NCBI RefSeq assembly: GCF_009914755.1
Contig: NC_060928.1
Length of the DNA: 64,000 nt
From: the human T2T-CHM13v2.0 reference genome, Homo sapiens
Reading direction: 5' to 3' (one strand)
A model generated the notes under the pieces. That model was not told the origin of the DNA. It ran no database searches and saw only the letters and a list, made by a program, of their open reading frames with translations. Below, in pieces: positions 15,257 through 27,375 of the stretch; position 1 is the stretch's first letter, and every line of letters begins with the position of its first letter. Position numbers and translations under genes: made by a program.

Positions 15257-15709
15257 TGTATTAGTTTCCTGGGTCTGCTGTGACAAATTACTACAAACTT
15301 CAGGGCTTAAAACAACATGATTTATTATCTCACCTTTCTGGAGACTAGAAGTCTAAACTCAAGATGTTGACAGGGCTAGCTCCTTTCGTGTGCTCACAGG
15401 AGGAATCTGTTTCATTTCCTTCTCCCAGTTTCTGGTGGTTGCCTAAAATTCTTTACTTACAGACTTATCACTCCAATCTCTGCCTCTGTCTTCACATGGG
15501 ACTCTTGTCTGTGTGTTTGTGTCTCTTCTCTTTGTCCTATTGATAAGGCCATCATTCATAATGGATTATAAGCTATACTAGTCAGGAATGACTTCATCTT
15601 AACTTGATTACATATGCAAAGATGCTATTTTCAAATAAGGTCACATTCATAAATACGGGACTTAGAATGACAACATATCTTTTTGGGAAACACAGTTCAC
15701 CTCATAACA
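15257..15709 (-). mobile_element. MaLR solo LTR (MLT1C-like)
   Basis: tgtattagtttcctggg...caaattactacaaact...tggagactagaagtc ... caaataaggtcacattca ... cacagttcacctcataaca; flanks aatac / aacac resemble a 5-bp TSD. Confidence 0.85.
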
Positions 15710-16756
15710 AACACCAGTATATTTACTTTGGTCCTTGTTAGAGGTTTCAGAATTATATTTCTTTCCTATATCATTGAGGATTTCACACAGGACCTCTGAA
15801 AATTACACATTAAGGTTTCATTAGCTGCTACCTGTATTCAGCCACCTGAATACTGTTCCCCAATAACTTTTGATTAATTAGCAAAAATCAACTGATACCT
15901 TCTTAAAGGAAATATCACAAAGTGGAAAAGTGGGAGAAGGGAAATACTAAAATGAAGATGAAGCATCTAAGAGACCTCTCGATTTCTTGATTCACCTGAC
16001 TGGCTTGAAACCTTAAAAAGTGCATCTTGTCTTCTCTGCAGGACATTTTAGAAAAGGATATTTGTTTACCTCATGCTTTTTAATTGAGACTAGATAGGGT
16101 GAATATATCCAAATAGCCTTGCAATAGAATATATAAGCAATAAATTACATTGGAAATTAATTTTTTTTTTCTAATTTCAAGTGTTATTTTGAGGAATTAT
16201 AGGGGTAAAAAGTGTATCAAATGAAAAACTAGCAAAGACAGTTGGAAAGGCAATTATAATATTTTTGTGTTAGTCTATTTAACCTATCTAGAAAACATAG
16301 AAAAACATATTTTTTCAAATAAAGATAATTTATGTTTTGAAGATGTTATTAGATAAAAATCACTGATAAGTCTTCAAATATGAATTTTAAAGTATAGCTT
16401 TGAGATGTTTATCTCAGGAACTATTTTCAAAGTCAAAGTAAAGAGACTGTTCCATTCACAGGAGTCAAAACCATAAGGGGACTTCAGAATATAAGGTGAT
16501 ATTTAAATAGAGAAAATTAGCATCCCTGATATATTCTAAATCTGACTTCTAGAAATCGGCATTCAGATAGAGGATTAAAGTGGCCCTGCTGAGCCTATCG
16601 ACTGTGAACTGGATGGGCATACTGATAAACAAAGTGTATTTTGAAGCAAGATAATTTTTTGTCCTTTCAGCTTGTCAGAGAGTAATAACCACAGGCATTT
16701 GGCTGAAATCTTTTATTCTAACTTCTTTTATTGTAAGTTCTTGACTAGAATCACAT

Positions 16757-16943
16757 AGATATACATAAGGGTATATATACGTATATATACATAAGTGTGT
16801 ATATACGTCAGTGTACATAACTGTGTATATACATATGTGTACATATGTGTATATATGTATATATGTACATATGTGTATATATGTATATATACATATATAC
16901 ATAAGCAGAAAAATATAAAATTCATATATATATATATATATAT
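16757..16943. repeat. Degenerate (TA/CATA/TATG)n microsatellite next to an Alu tail
   Basis: Alternating purine/pyrimidine low-complexity run; source of ORFs 16675..16902, 16728..16925 and 16795..17085. Confidence 0.9.
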
Positions 16944-17257
<314 letters not shown>

Positions 17258-17770
17258 CAGATATTTTCTTCTTAATAACTAGACTTCTCTGTTTTAAGCC
17301 TCCTCCTTTTAAAAGCTTTCTTTGCATAGTTTATTATTTTTAATGTCATTGTATTATACATTTTTATTTGTATATTTTCCTGCCACTCATTCTAAAATCA
17401 TTTTGATGTTTTCTTTCTTATTCATTTTTTTCCATATTTTCATGTTTGATTTTTATTATATTTTTCTATTTATTCCATAATATTAAATCCATGTTTTCTT
17501 ATTTATTTTATGAATGCTGGATCTCAGTGTCTAGACAATAATGCCAAGCATATTTCCAATAGGATGTAGGTAGTAGCTTATATTTGTAGAAAACAGCTTT
17601 ATTTTTTCTCCCATTTTAAATGATTCTATTGCTTTGTTAAATTAAATTTACTTATATGTAGCAATTTAGCATATATTATTGTTAGTTCTATATGTAGGAA
17701 GCTTTGCTTTAACGCAAAGCTTCTTTAATTCATTTAAACTAACAAAGAAGAACTACAGTTCCATATTGTA

Positions 17771-17815
17771 TTAGGTTGGTGCAAAAGCACTTGCGGTTTT
17801 TGCCGTTACTTTCAA
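17771..17815. mobile_element. Half MADE1 / solo Hsmar1 mariner terminal inverted repeat
   Basis: ta|ttaggttggtgcaaaagcacttgcggtttttgccgttactttcaa matches the left arm and spacer of MADE1, preceded by TA; right arm absent. Confidence 0.85.
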
Positions 17816-18946
17816 ACTATAAGTGAAGACAATACTAGCTTTTTCATAGGTAACCGCCCATATATGAAATATTTTGGAATGCCCAAGTAGAAAAGAATAT
17901 TCTGCAAATTTTCTAATAAACACCATATTAAGAAGTCATTTGGAAGAACAGAATTCTTGAAGACATTCTTAATATTTCCGGGAAATATAGTTGTACTTCG
18001 CATTTCAAACTAGAAAATTGTCTTTTCTACAGTGATTTTAGATAAGATAAATATGAATTCATTTTTGAGGATGAAACTGTTTCACTATACAAGCACAAAT
18101 GTATAACTTAAAAAGCTCATGTGCCCATGCAGGGTCCCTCCTCCCTAACACAATATTTGTCTGTGTGTGCATAGTCATACACCACTGTTGGATTGGTTTT
18201 GCCTCATCTTTGGATACCTAGGTGTAATTCCAGCAGCAGTACATTTAGTTCATCAATGTTAAGTAAGAAAATATAAAATGGAAGTCACAAGTTAGAGCTG
18301 GCAAGGAACAAGCACATGGTAGAATGCAACACTATTTTGAGGGGAGTCGCCCCTGAAATTCAGGGAATACTTCCAGCTTGACCTTTGGTGATGTCAGTGC
18401 TGGGCTTCAATCATATTTGACAATGTCTGGTGAGCTGATGGGGAAGATCTGCCAGAGCTAATTAAAATAAGACTCAAGAGCTTCCTGGAGAAAATTCCTC
18501 CTAAGATTCACATGTGGTAAATAACAAAGTCTCAGTCTCTCATAGGAAGGTTTTGGTGATTAGGAATGCAGTATTTGGAATGTATCACTAGGATTTTCCT
18601 TTCCCTCCAGCATCCTGTGGTTTTCCCATCCAGCATATCCGGGACTTATGAAGAAATAAAGAAAAAGTTATATGAAACCACAATAGCTTTTTTTCTCAAA
18701 GCTTTGTGTTTCAGTATTACTGCAGTAAATTACAACACAAAATCATAGAAAAATAAAATTGATTGACTTCTATAGGAAATATATCATATTGTACACATTA
18801 AGTACTTCATAGGCTTTACCACTTTGTTGCATAAAATCTCCAACATATAAGGGTGCTGGTGATCCCCAGTGGAAATGCCAGTGCTTGATTCAAAGGAAAA
18901 TGAAAACAAAGCAAACACGCAAACAAAAAAACCTCAACGATATCAG

Positions 18947-19452
18947 TAATACCAGTAGGATGCAGACAAATTCCTAGGCAGACAGGGATGGGTCCCCAGT
19001 GAAACTAGACCTTCAAGCCAAGGATAGTCTGAAGCCTGAACACCCAACTACCAGTTCCGGATAGAGTCCACAGGCTGGAGTGAGAACTTCCATTCCTGTT
19101 TGGTGTACTCAGTCACTGACTGGTCCCAGGTCAAGCCTTCACTTCAGCCCTTGATAGGTTCCTTGCACTATTGTACCTCTTTATGAATGGTGCTTTTTCC
19201 AAGCCTACCCATAAACCAGTCAGCACACATTTCCCCATTCTAAGCCCTAAAAATTCCAGACTCAGCCTCACAGTCAGCTTTCTTTCTGTTACTCAATAAA
19301 ATTCTACTATGTCCTACTCACTCTCAGGCATCTGCATACTTCATTCTTCTTGGTCGTAAAATAAGAACTCAAAACTTGCCAAACTGGGAGAATAAAAAAG
19401 CTGTAACACTTCCTCCTGCTCAACAAAATATGGGAGTGAAAAAGATGCAACA
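18947..19452 (+). mobile_element. ERV1-class solo LTR (subfamily uncertain)
   Basis: caaattcctaggcagacagggatgggtccccagtgaaac..., TATA-like ccctaaaaat, AATAAA near 19295, ends ...gatgcaaca; near-matching 4-bp TSD tcag / ccag. Confidence 0.7.
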
Positions 19453-22400
19453 CCAGTGTAAGCAGAAGTTTGCCTACGATGAACAGAAATATCACACAGA
19501 CATGTTATCTGCAATACATTACAGTGCCCAGTGAAAGAGTCTGTTAGGAAATAGAGGGAACGTTGTAGCTGCTTCAAGGTAAGTTAACCTGAAAGTTCTC
19601 ATTGGGGTCACGTAAGACATCTTCAAGCAACACAGGAGGGACATTTTTGGAAGCTAGTATACATTGTAGTAGGAACAAGGGCCGGAGAAAAGTGGGAGAG
19701 ATAGATAAATAACGGATGATTGACAGATGACAGAGATAGATAGGTAGTTAGATAAAAGTAAGCTTAGTTTGGAAATTTTGGTACAGCTAGTGAGAAGGAA
19801 AAGGACAAAAAATCTATATCATGTATACACTATCCTATAATGACAAGAAATTCTAAATATAAGCCTTTTTCTGAGCTATGCAAATAGTTTTGTGATATAT
19901 ATGGAATATATGGTTGATGATGATATTTTTTAATGTCAATTTATATGGCATATGTAAAGAAATCTACTTCAAAACTAATAAGAATTTAGCAAACTATCTT
20001 CTGTGTTCATTTTCACTTTGTAAAATTAATGCAAGCATCATAAGCTCCATAAAGCACAGGAGCCTTCAATGTTTGAGAAATTGAAAAAGGATGGGGAAAT
20101 ATTAACCCCAAGGTAAGGTATACGCTGGTCTTCAGGCATCATACCATGCTTGTCCCAGAAGATGTTAACACATAGTATACATGTGTGTGACTAAGGAGAC
20201 TGGATAAGGGAGGAGCTCAGGAGGAACAGGGAGGTATACAAGCTGTGAGTTGTCAAATAATTTTAACTCTACATAATCTTGAAATAGTTTTAACCAGTAT
20301 CTGGGATTAAGGAAAGACATGGAGATCTCTGCTAACATCCAAGACAAATTGAAGAATTTTTTTCCAAATTACTCAGCACAGAAAATATCAGATCGTAGAT
20401 TTTAGCTTTTCTTTATTTCTATATATTAGATATTGACTTTTTATATGTGAATATTTCCATCTAAACTACAAAGTTGATAAAAAGTCAAAAAACAAAACTC
20501 ACTTTACTGATTAAAGTTCTCCAACAATCCCTTGTCTCTAGATAGAACCAAATTCCAAAAAGCAGTTTACATCATAGACATTTCTATGCTAACTTTTTAC
20601 TGGTATTTGAAAATACCTTACCCAGTTTCTGAATGTGTTACTGATCACGTCCAGGTGTTTGAACCATCTGTGTCATTTGACTAGAATCAGTTTCCCCTCT
20701 TTGGCCTCCTTGAAAAATCTTATATTTTCATTACAGGTGATTAGGGTTTAACATGTTAATTTTGGGTGAAGCACAAGCATTCAGGCCACAGCAGTCAAAA
20801 TATACCACTTATTGACAACGGGATTAAAAGTGTGAAAACATGTCCTGAAACAGTCTACATACAAGCAGGGTTAATTTTCTTGGAGCTGAACTATTCTAAA
20901 AAGTATTTACATAACTTTGTTCTGGTAAAATGCTAGTAAAACAATGCTGTCACTAACTGAATTACTCAGATACCTCCAAATTAGAAAGGAGATCTGGCTT
21001 ATTAACATAATTACAGTATACCTCTATGATTTTTTAAAAATTTAGATCCAGAAGGTACATGTGGATATTTGTTACATGGATATATTGCATAATTGTGGAT
21101 TGGGTTTCCTAGTGTACCCATCACCAAAATAGTGAACATAGTACCCAATAGGTAAATTTTCAACTCTCATTCCCCTCTGTACCTACCCTCTTTTGGAGTC
21201 CCCAGTGTCTACTATTTCCATCTTTATGTGAATGTGAACCTATTGTTTAGCGCTCACTTATAATGAGAACATGTGGTATTTAATTTTCTCTTTCTGAGTT
21301 ATATAACTAAGAATAATGACCTCCAGCTCCATCTATGTTGCTGCAAAAGACATTATTTCATTCTTTTTTATGACTGCATGGTATGCCGTGCTGTACATGT
21401 AATGCATTTTCTTTATCCAGTCAACCATTGATGTGGATACCAAGTCCAACCATGGAGACAGGCTAGTTCTATGACTTGTTACTGTGAATAGTGCTGTAAT
21501 AAACATGTGCGTCACATACAGGTATCTTTTTATGTAATAATTTCTTTTCCTTTGGATAGACGCTTAGTAGTGGGAGTCACGGGTTGAATGGCAGTTTTAT
21601 TTTTAGTTCTTTGAGAAATTTCCATACCGTTTTCTACAGAAGTTGAACCGATTTACATTCCCACTGACAGTGTATAAGCTTTCTCTTTTCTCTGCATCCA
21701 CACAAACATCTCTTGGTTTTTGATGTTTTGATAGTATCCATTGTGACTGGTGTAAGATGACAACTCATTGTGGTTTTAATTTACATTTCTCTGATAGTTG
21801 GTTATATTCAGCATTGTTTCATGTTTGTTGGCCACTTGCATGTCTTCTTTTAAGGAATATCTATTAATGTCCTTTGTCCAGTTTTTAATAATTTTTTTCA
21901 GTTTAATTAAGCCCCATTTGTCTATTTTTGTTTTTATTGCATTTGCTTTTGGGGTTTTTGACATAATTATTTTTTTGCCTAGGCCAATGTCTAGAAAAGA
22001 TTTTTCCTAGATTTCCTTCTAGGATTTTTATAGTTTCAGGTCTGATGTTTAAGTCTTGAATCCACTTTGTGTTAATTTTTGTATATGGTGAGAGATAGAA
22101 GTCCAGTTTCATTCTTCTGCGTATAGCTAATCAACTTTTTTACAGCACCATTTATTGAATACGGTGTCCTTTCCACATTGTTTATTTTTCTTTGATTTTG
22201 TCAAAGATCAGTTGGTAGTAGACATATGACTTCATTTCTGGGTTCTCTATTCTTTCCCATTCATCTATGTGTCTACTTTTATACCATTACCATGCCGATT
22301 TGGTTATTACAGCCTTATAGTATAATTTGAAGTCAGGTAATGTGATGTCTTCGGATTTGTTCCTTTTGTTTAGGATCACTTTGGAGACTTTCAGTTCCAT

Positions 22401-22521
22401 ATGAACTTTAGAATTGTTTTCTCTAATATGTAAAAAATGATGTTGGTAATTTGATAAGAATTGCATTGAATTTGTAGATTGCTTTGGGCAGTATGTTTAT
22501 TTTAGCAATAATGATATTTCT

Positions 22522-23111
22522 TTTTTTTAATTTCTGTATTTTGTTTTTATTATACTTTAAGTTTTAGGGTACATGTGCACATTGTGCAGGTTAGTTACAT
22601 ACATATACATCTGCCATGCTGGTGTGCTGCACCCACTAACTTGTCATCTAGCATTAGGTATATCTCCCAATGCTATCCCTCCCCCATCCCCCCACCCCAC
22701 AATAGTCCCCAGAGTGTGATGTTCCCCTTCCTGTGTCCATGTGATCTCATTGTTCAATTCCCACCTATGAGTGAGAATATGCGGTGTTTGGTTTTTTGTT
22801 CTTGCGATAGTTTACTGAGAATGATGCTTTCCAATTTCATCCATGTCCCTACAAAGGACATGAAGTCATCATTTTTTATGGCTGCATAGTATTCCATGGT
22901 GTATATGTGCCACATTTTCTTAATCCAGTCTATCATTGTTGGACATTTGGGTTGGTTCCAAGTCTTTGCTATTGTGAATAATGCCGCAATAAACATACGT
23001 GTGCATGTGTCTTTATAGCAGCATGATTTATAGTCCTTTGGGTATATACCCAGTAATGGGATGGCTGGGTCAAATGGTATTTCTAGTTCTAGATCCCTGA
23101 GGAATCGCCAC
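22522..23111 (-). mobile_element. Young 5'-truncated L1 (L1PA2/L1PA3-like) nested in the old L1
   Basis: Near-consensus L1PA 3' end; ORF2 C-terminus intact (ORF 22754..22996, ...KHRIFSLIGGN); TSD tatttct at 22515-22521 and 23112-23118; AAG rather than the Ta-diagnostic ACA. Confidence 0.92.
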
Positions 23112-24753
23112 TATTTCTAATCCATAAACCTGAAATGTTTTCCATTTGTTTGTGTCATCTATAATTTCTCTCATTAGTGTTTTTTAGTTTTGCTAGTAGA
23201 AATATTTCACTTTTTTGGTTAAATGTATTCCTAGGTATTTTATTTTTTTGTGGCAATCTCAATTTGGTTCTCAGCTTCTCACTTTGAACATTATTGGTGT
23301 ATAGAAATGCTACTAACTTTTGTATGTTGATTTTGTGTCCTAAAACTGTACTCAAGTCAATTACCAAGTATAGGAGAATTTTGGAGGAATCTGTAGGGTT
23401 TTCTAGGCATATTATCATGTCATCAGCAAACAGATAATTTGACTTCTTCTTTCCAATTTGATGTCCTTTATTTCTCTTGCCTGATTGCTGTGGCTAGGAC
23501 TTCCAATATGATGTTTAATAGGAGGAGAGAGAGTGGACATCCTTGTCTTGCTCCAGTTCTTAGGGGAAATGCTTTTCACTATTCCCCATTCAGTATGATG
23601 TTGGCTATGAGTCTGTCATGTATAGCTCTTAGTATTTTGAGGTATGTTCCTTAGATGCTTAGTTTGATGACGGTTTTTATCATGAAGGGCTCTTGGATTT
23701 TATTGAATGCTTTTTCTGCGTCTATTGAGATAATCATATGGTTTTTGTTTTTTAATTGTGTTTAATATGGTAAATCACATTTATTGATTTGCAGATGTTG
23801 AACCATTCTTGCATCCTTGGAATAAAACCCACTCAGTTGTGATGAATTATCTTTTTGATGTTCTCATGAATTCAGTTTGCTAATATTTTATTGAGAATTT
23901 TTGCATCTATGTTCATCAGGAATATTCACCTGTAGTTTTTTTTTTGTTGTTGTTGTTGTTGTTGTTGTGTACTTGCCTGATTTGGAATCATGGTGATAAT
24001 GGTTTAATAGAATAAGTTAGGGAGGAATCCCGCTTCCTCAAATTTTAGAATAGTTTCAGTAAGATTGGTACCAGTTCTTTTTTGTAGGCCTGATAAGATT
24101 TGGTTGTAAATCCATCTGGTCCTGGGCTTTTGTTTGTTGAAATAGTCCTTATTACTTATTTGATTTTATAAGTTATTACTGGTCTGTTCACGATTTCTAC
24201 TTCTTCCTGGTTAAATCTTGGGAGGTTGTTTGTTTCTATGAATCTATCCAATTCCTCTGGGTTTTTAAATTTGTGTGCAAAGAGACATTCATAGTTGTCT
24301 CTGCTGATCTCTTGTATTTCTGTGGTGTCAATTGTAATGTCACCTTTATCATTTCTGATTGTACTATTTAAATCTTCTCTCTTTTTTTCTTGGTTAATCT
24401 AGCTAACAGGTTATAATTTGTTCTTTGTTTATCCTTTCTAAGAATCAACTTTTTGTTTCTTATATACTTTGTATCTTTCTTTTGCCCTTAATAACTTTAG
24501 TTTTGTGCTTATCTTTGCAATTTATTTGTCTTATTTTTGTTTTTCCAGTTCCTTGAGGTGTGAATTTAGGTTGTTAATTTGAGAGCTTTCTATCTTTGTG
24601 ATGAAGGCGTTTTAACTGTAAACTTTCCTCTCAGCTCTGCTTTTTTAGTATCCCAGAGATTTTGGTGTGTTGTGTCTCTATTTTCATTTGTTTCATTTTT
24701 TTTAATTTCTGCCCTAATTTCTTTGTTTACCCAAAAGCCACTAACTCATTCAC

Positions 24754-24848
24754 AAATTAATACCAAGAGGAACTATTAAAACTACAGAAGTACATGTTTA
24801 GTTTTTATGCACTTGTGTAGTTTTGATAGTGCCTCTTGGTATTAATTT
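24754..24848. repeat. 42-bp-arm inverted repeat (fold-back duplication) inside L1 ORF2
   Basis: 24754-24795 is the reverse complement of 24807-24848 with 4 mismatches; 11-nt spacer. Confidence 0.9.
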
Positions 24849-25075
24849 CTACTTTTATTCCACTACGGTCTGAGAAGATGTACTTGATAAAATTTTGATT
24901 TTTAAAAATTTATTGAGACTTGCTTTATGACCAAGCATATGGTCAATTTCAGAGAATGTTCCATGTACAAATGAGAAAAACGTACATGCTGATGTTGTCA
25001 AGTAGAATGTTCTATAATTGTCTATTGTACCCATTTGGACTACAGTCCAGTTTAAGTCCAAATTTTCTGTTTTGA

Positions 25076-25511
<436 letters not shown>

Positions 25512-26248
25512 TAGGTCCTCCAGTGTTAGTTGAATACATATTTAGGATAGTTAAATCTTGTTTTATTGAACACTTTATCATTATATAATCTCTTCCTTTG
25601 TCATTTTTCACTGTTGTTGACTTAGTCTGTTTTATCTAATATAATAATGGCTACTTCTGGTTGCTTTTGTTTTCTGTTTGCATGTATATCTTTTTGCACT
25701 CCTTTACTTTGAACCTGTGGGTGCCTTTAGTCATTAAGTAGGCCTCTTATAGGCAGAACATGTGTGACTTTTATTTTTTAGTATCCATTTGCTACTATCT
25801 TTTAAGTATTTAGCCTATTTATATTCAAGATTAATATCGACACATGAGGTTTTATTCCTTTCATAGTGTTGGTAAATAGTTGCCTTGAAGTATCAATTGT
25901 GTAATTGCTTTATAGAATGTGTGAGCTTTGTACTTACCTATCTTTTTACGATAGCGAGTTTCATCTTTTTGTTTCCATATTTAGAACTCCTTTGACCATT
26001 TCTTGTAGGAGCAGTCTAGTGGTAATAAATTCCCTTAGCATTTGCTTGTCTGGTAAAAACTTTATTTCTCTTTTGTTTTTGAAGCTAGTTGACAGAATAT
26101 AAAATTCTTTGCTGGCATTGTTTTTTTCTCTTTAAGGAGACTAAAAATAGGCTTCCAGTCTTTTCTGGTTTATAAGATTTATGCTGAGAAGTCCACTGTT
26201 AGTCTGATGGAATTCCCTTTATAGGCAATTTTACACTTCTCTATAGCT

Positions 26249-26500
26249 GTCTCACCTTGTCACCCAGGCTGGAGTGCAGTGGTGCAAACCCAACTCACTG
26301 CAACCTCCACCTCCTAGGCTCAAGTGATTCTTCCACCTCAGCACTCCCTAATAGCTGCAACTACAGGCTTTATATATATATATATATATTTTTTTTTTTT
26401 CTAGAGATGGGGTCTCGTCATGTTGCCCAGGCTAGTCTTGAACTCCTGAGCTCAAGCAATTCACTTGCCTTGGCTTCCCAAAGTACCACCATACCTGGCT
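26249..26500 (-). mobile_element. AluJ-like element without a tail, with an internal (TA)n
   Basis: ggctcaagtgattcttccacc and atgttgcccaggctagtcttgaactcctgagctcaagc are J-type; no T tract at left; tagctg flanks both sides. Confidence 0.88.
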
Positions 26501-27055
26501 ATTCTAGCTGCCTTTAAGATTTGTGATTTCATGGTGATTTTGGTTAACTGATGAATACATGCCTTGGCGATGATCTGTCCAGTATCTTCCAGGTGTTCTC
26601 TGAAATTTTGTATCTGTAAGTCTACATTTCTAGCAAGATCAGGGAAATTTCCTGTGTTGTTCTCTCAAGTATGTTTTCCCAATTTTTTACTTTTTCTTCT
26701 TCCCTCTCAGGAATGCCTATAAATCATAGATTTTGTCAATTTACACAACCCCATATTTCTTGAATGCTTTGTTTCATTTTTAAAATTCTGTTTTCTTTAT
26801 TTTTTGCTGCTTAGGTCAATTTGAAAGACCAGGCTTTAAACTCTGAAATTCTTTATCCTGCCTTATCTAGTCTATTGTTAAGGCTCTAAATAGTATTTTG
26901 AAATTCCTTAAGTGAAATTTTTTATTTCCATGATTTTTTTAGGAGATGTCTATCTCTTCCTTTATTACCTGGATTGATTTTGTGGTTTCTTTTTGTTGGT
27001 TTTCAACATTCTCTTGGGTCTCATTAAGCTGCCTTACAATCCATCCTTTGAATTT

Positions 27056-27375
27056 TGTTTTTCGTTTTCTCTTTTATTTATTTATTATTTTTTTTGAAGC
27101 AGAATTTCACTCTGTTACCATGCTGGAGTGCAACGGCGCGATCTTGGCTCACTGCAACCTCCAACTCCCTGCTTCAAGCAATTCCCCTGCCTCAACCTCC
27201 TGAGTAACTGGGATTACAGGCATGTACCACCACGCCTGGCTATTTTTTGTGTTTTCAGTAGAGATGGGGTTTCACTGTGTTGGCCAGGATGGTCTCTATC
27301 TGCTGACCTTGTGATCCACCCGCCTCAGCCTCTCAAAGTGCTGTGATTACAGGTGTGGAGCCACCGCGCCTGGTC
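27056..27375 (-). mobile_element. Alu SINE (AluSc-like) nested in L1
   Basis: ggccaggatggtctctatc; TSD catcctttgaattt (27042-27055) / catcctttgacttt (27376-27389). Confidence 0.93.

Noticed and set aside
17698-17723. Perfect 10-bp hairpin gaagctttgc-N6-gcaaagcttc followed by Ts, terminator-like
   Set aside because: About one such stem is expected by chance in 64 kb, and intrinsic terminators do not apply in this eukaryotic context.
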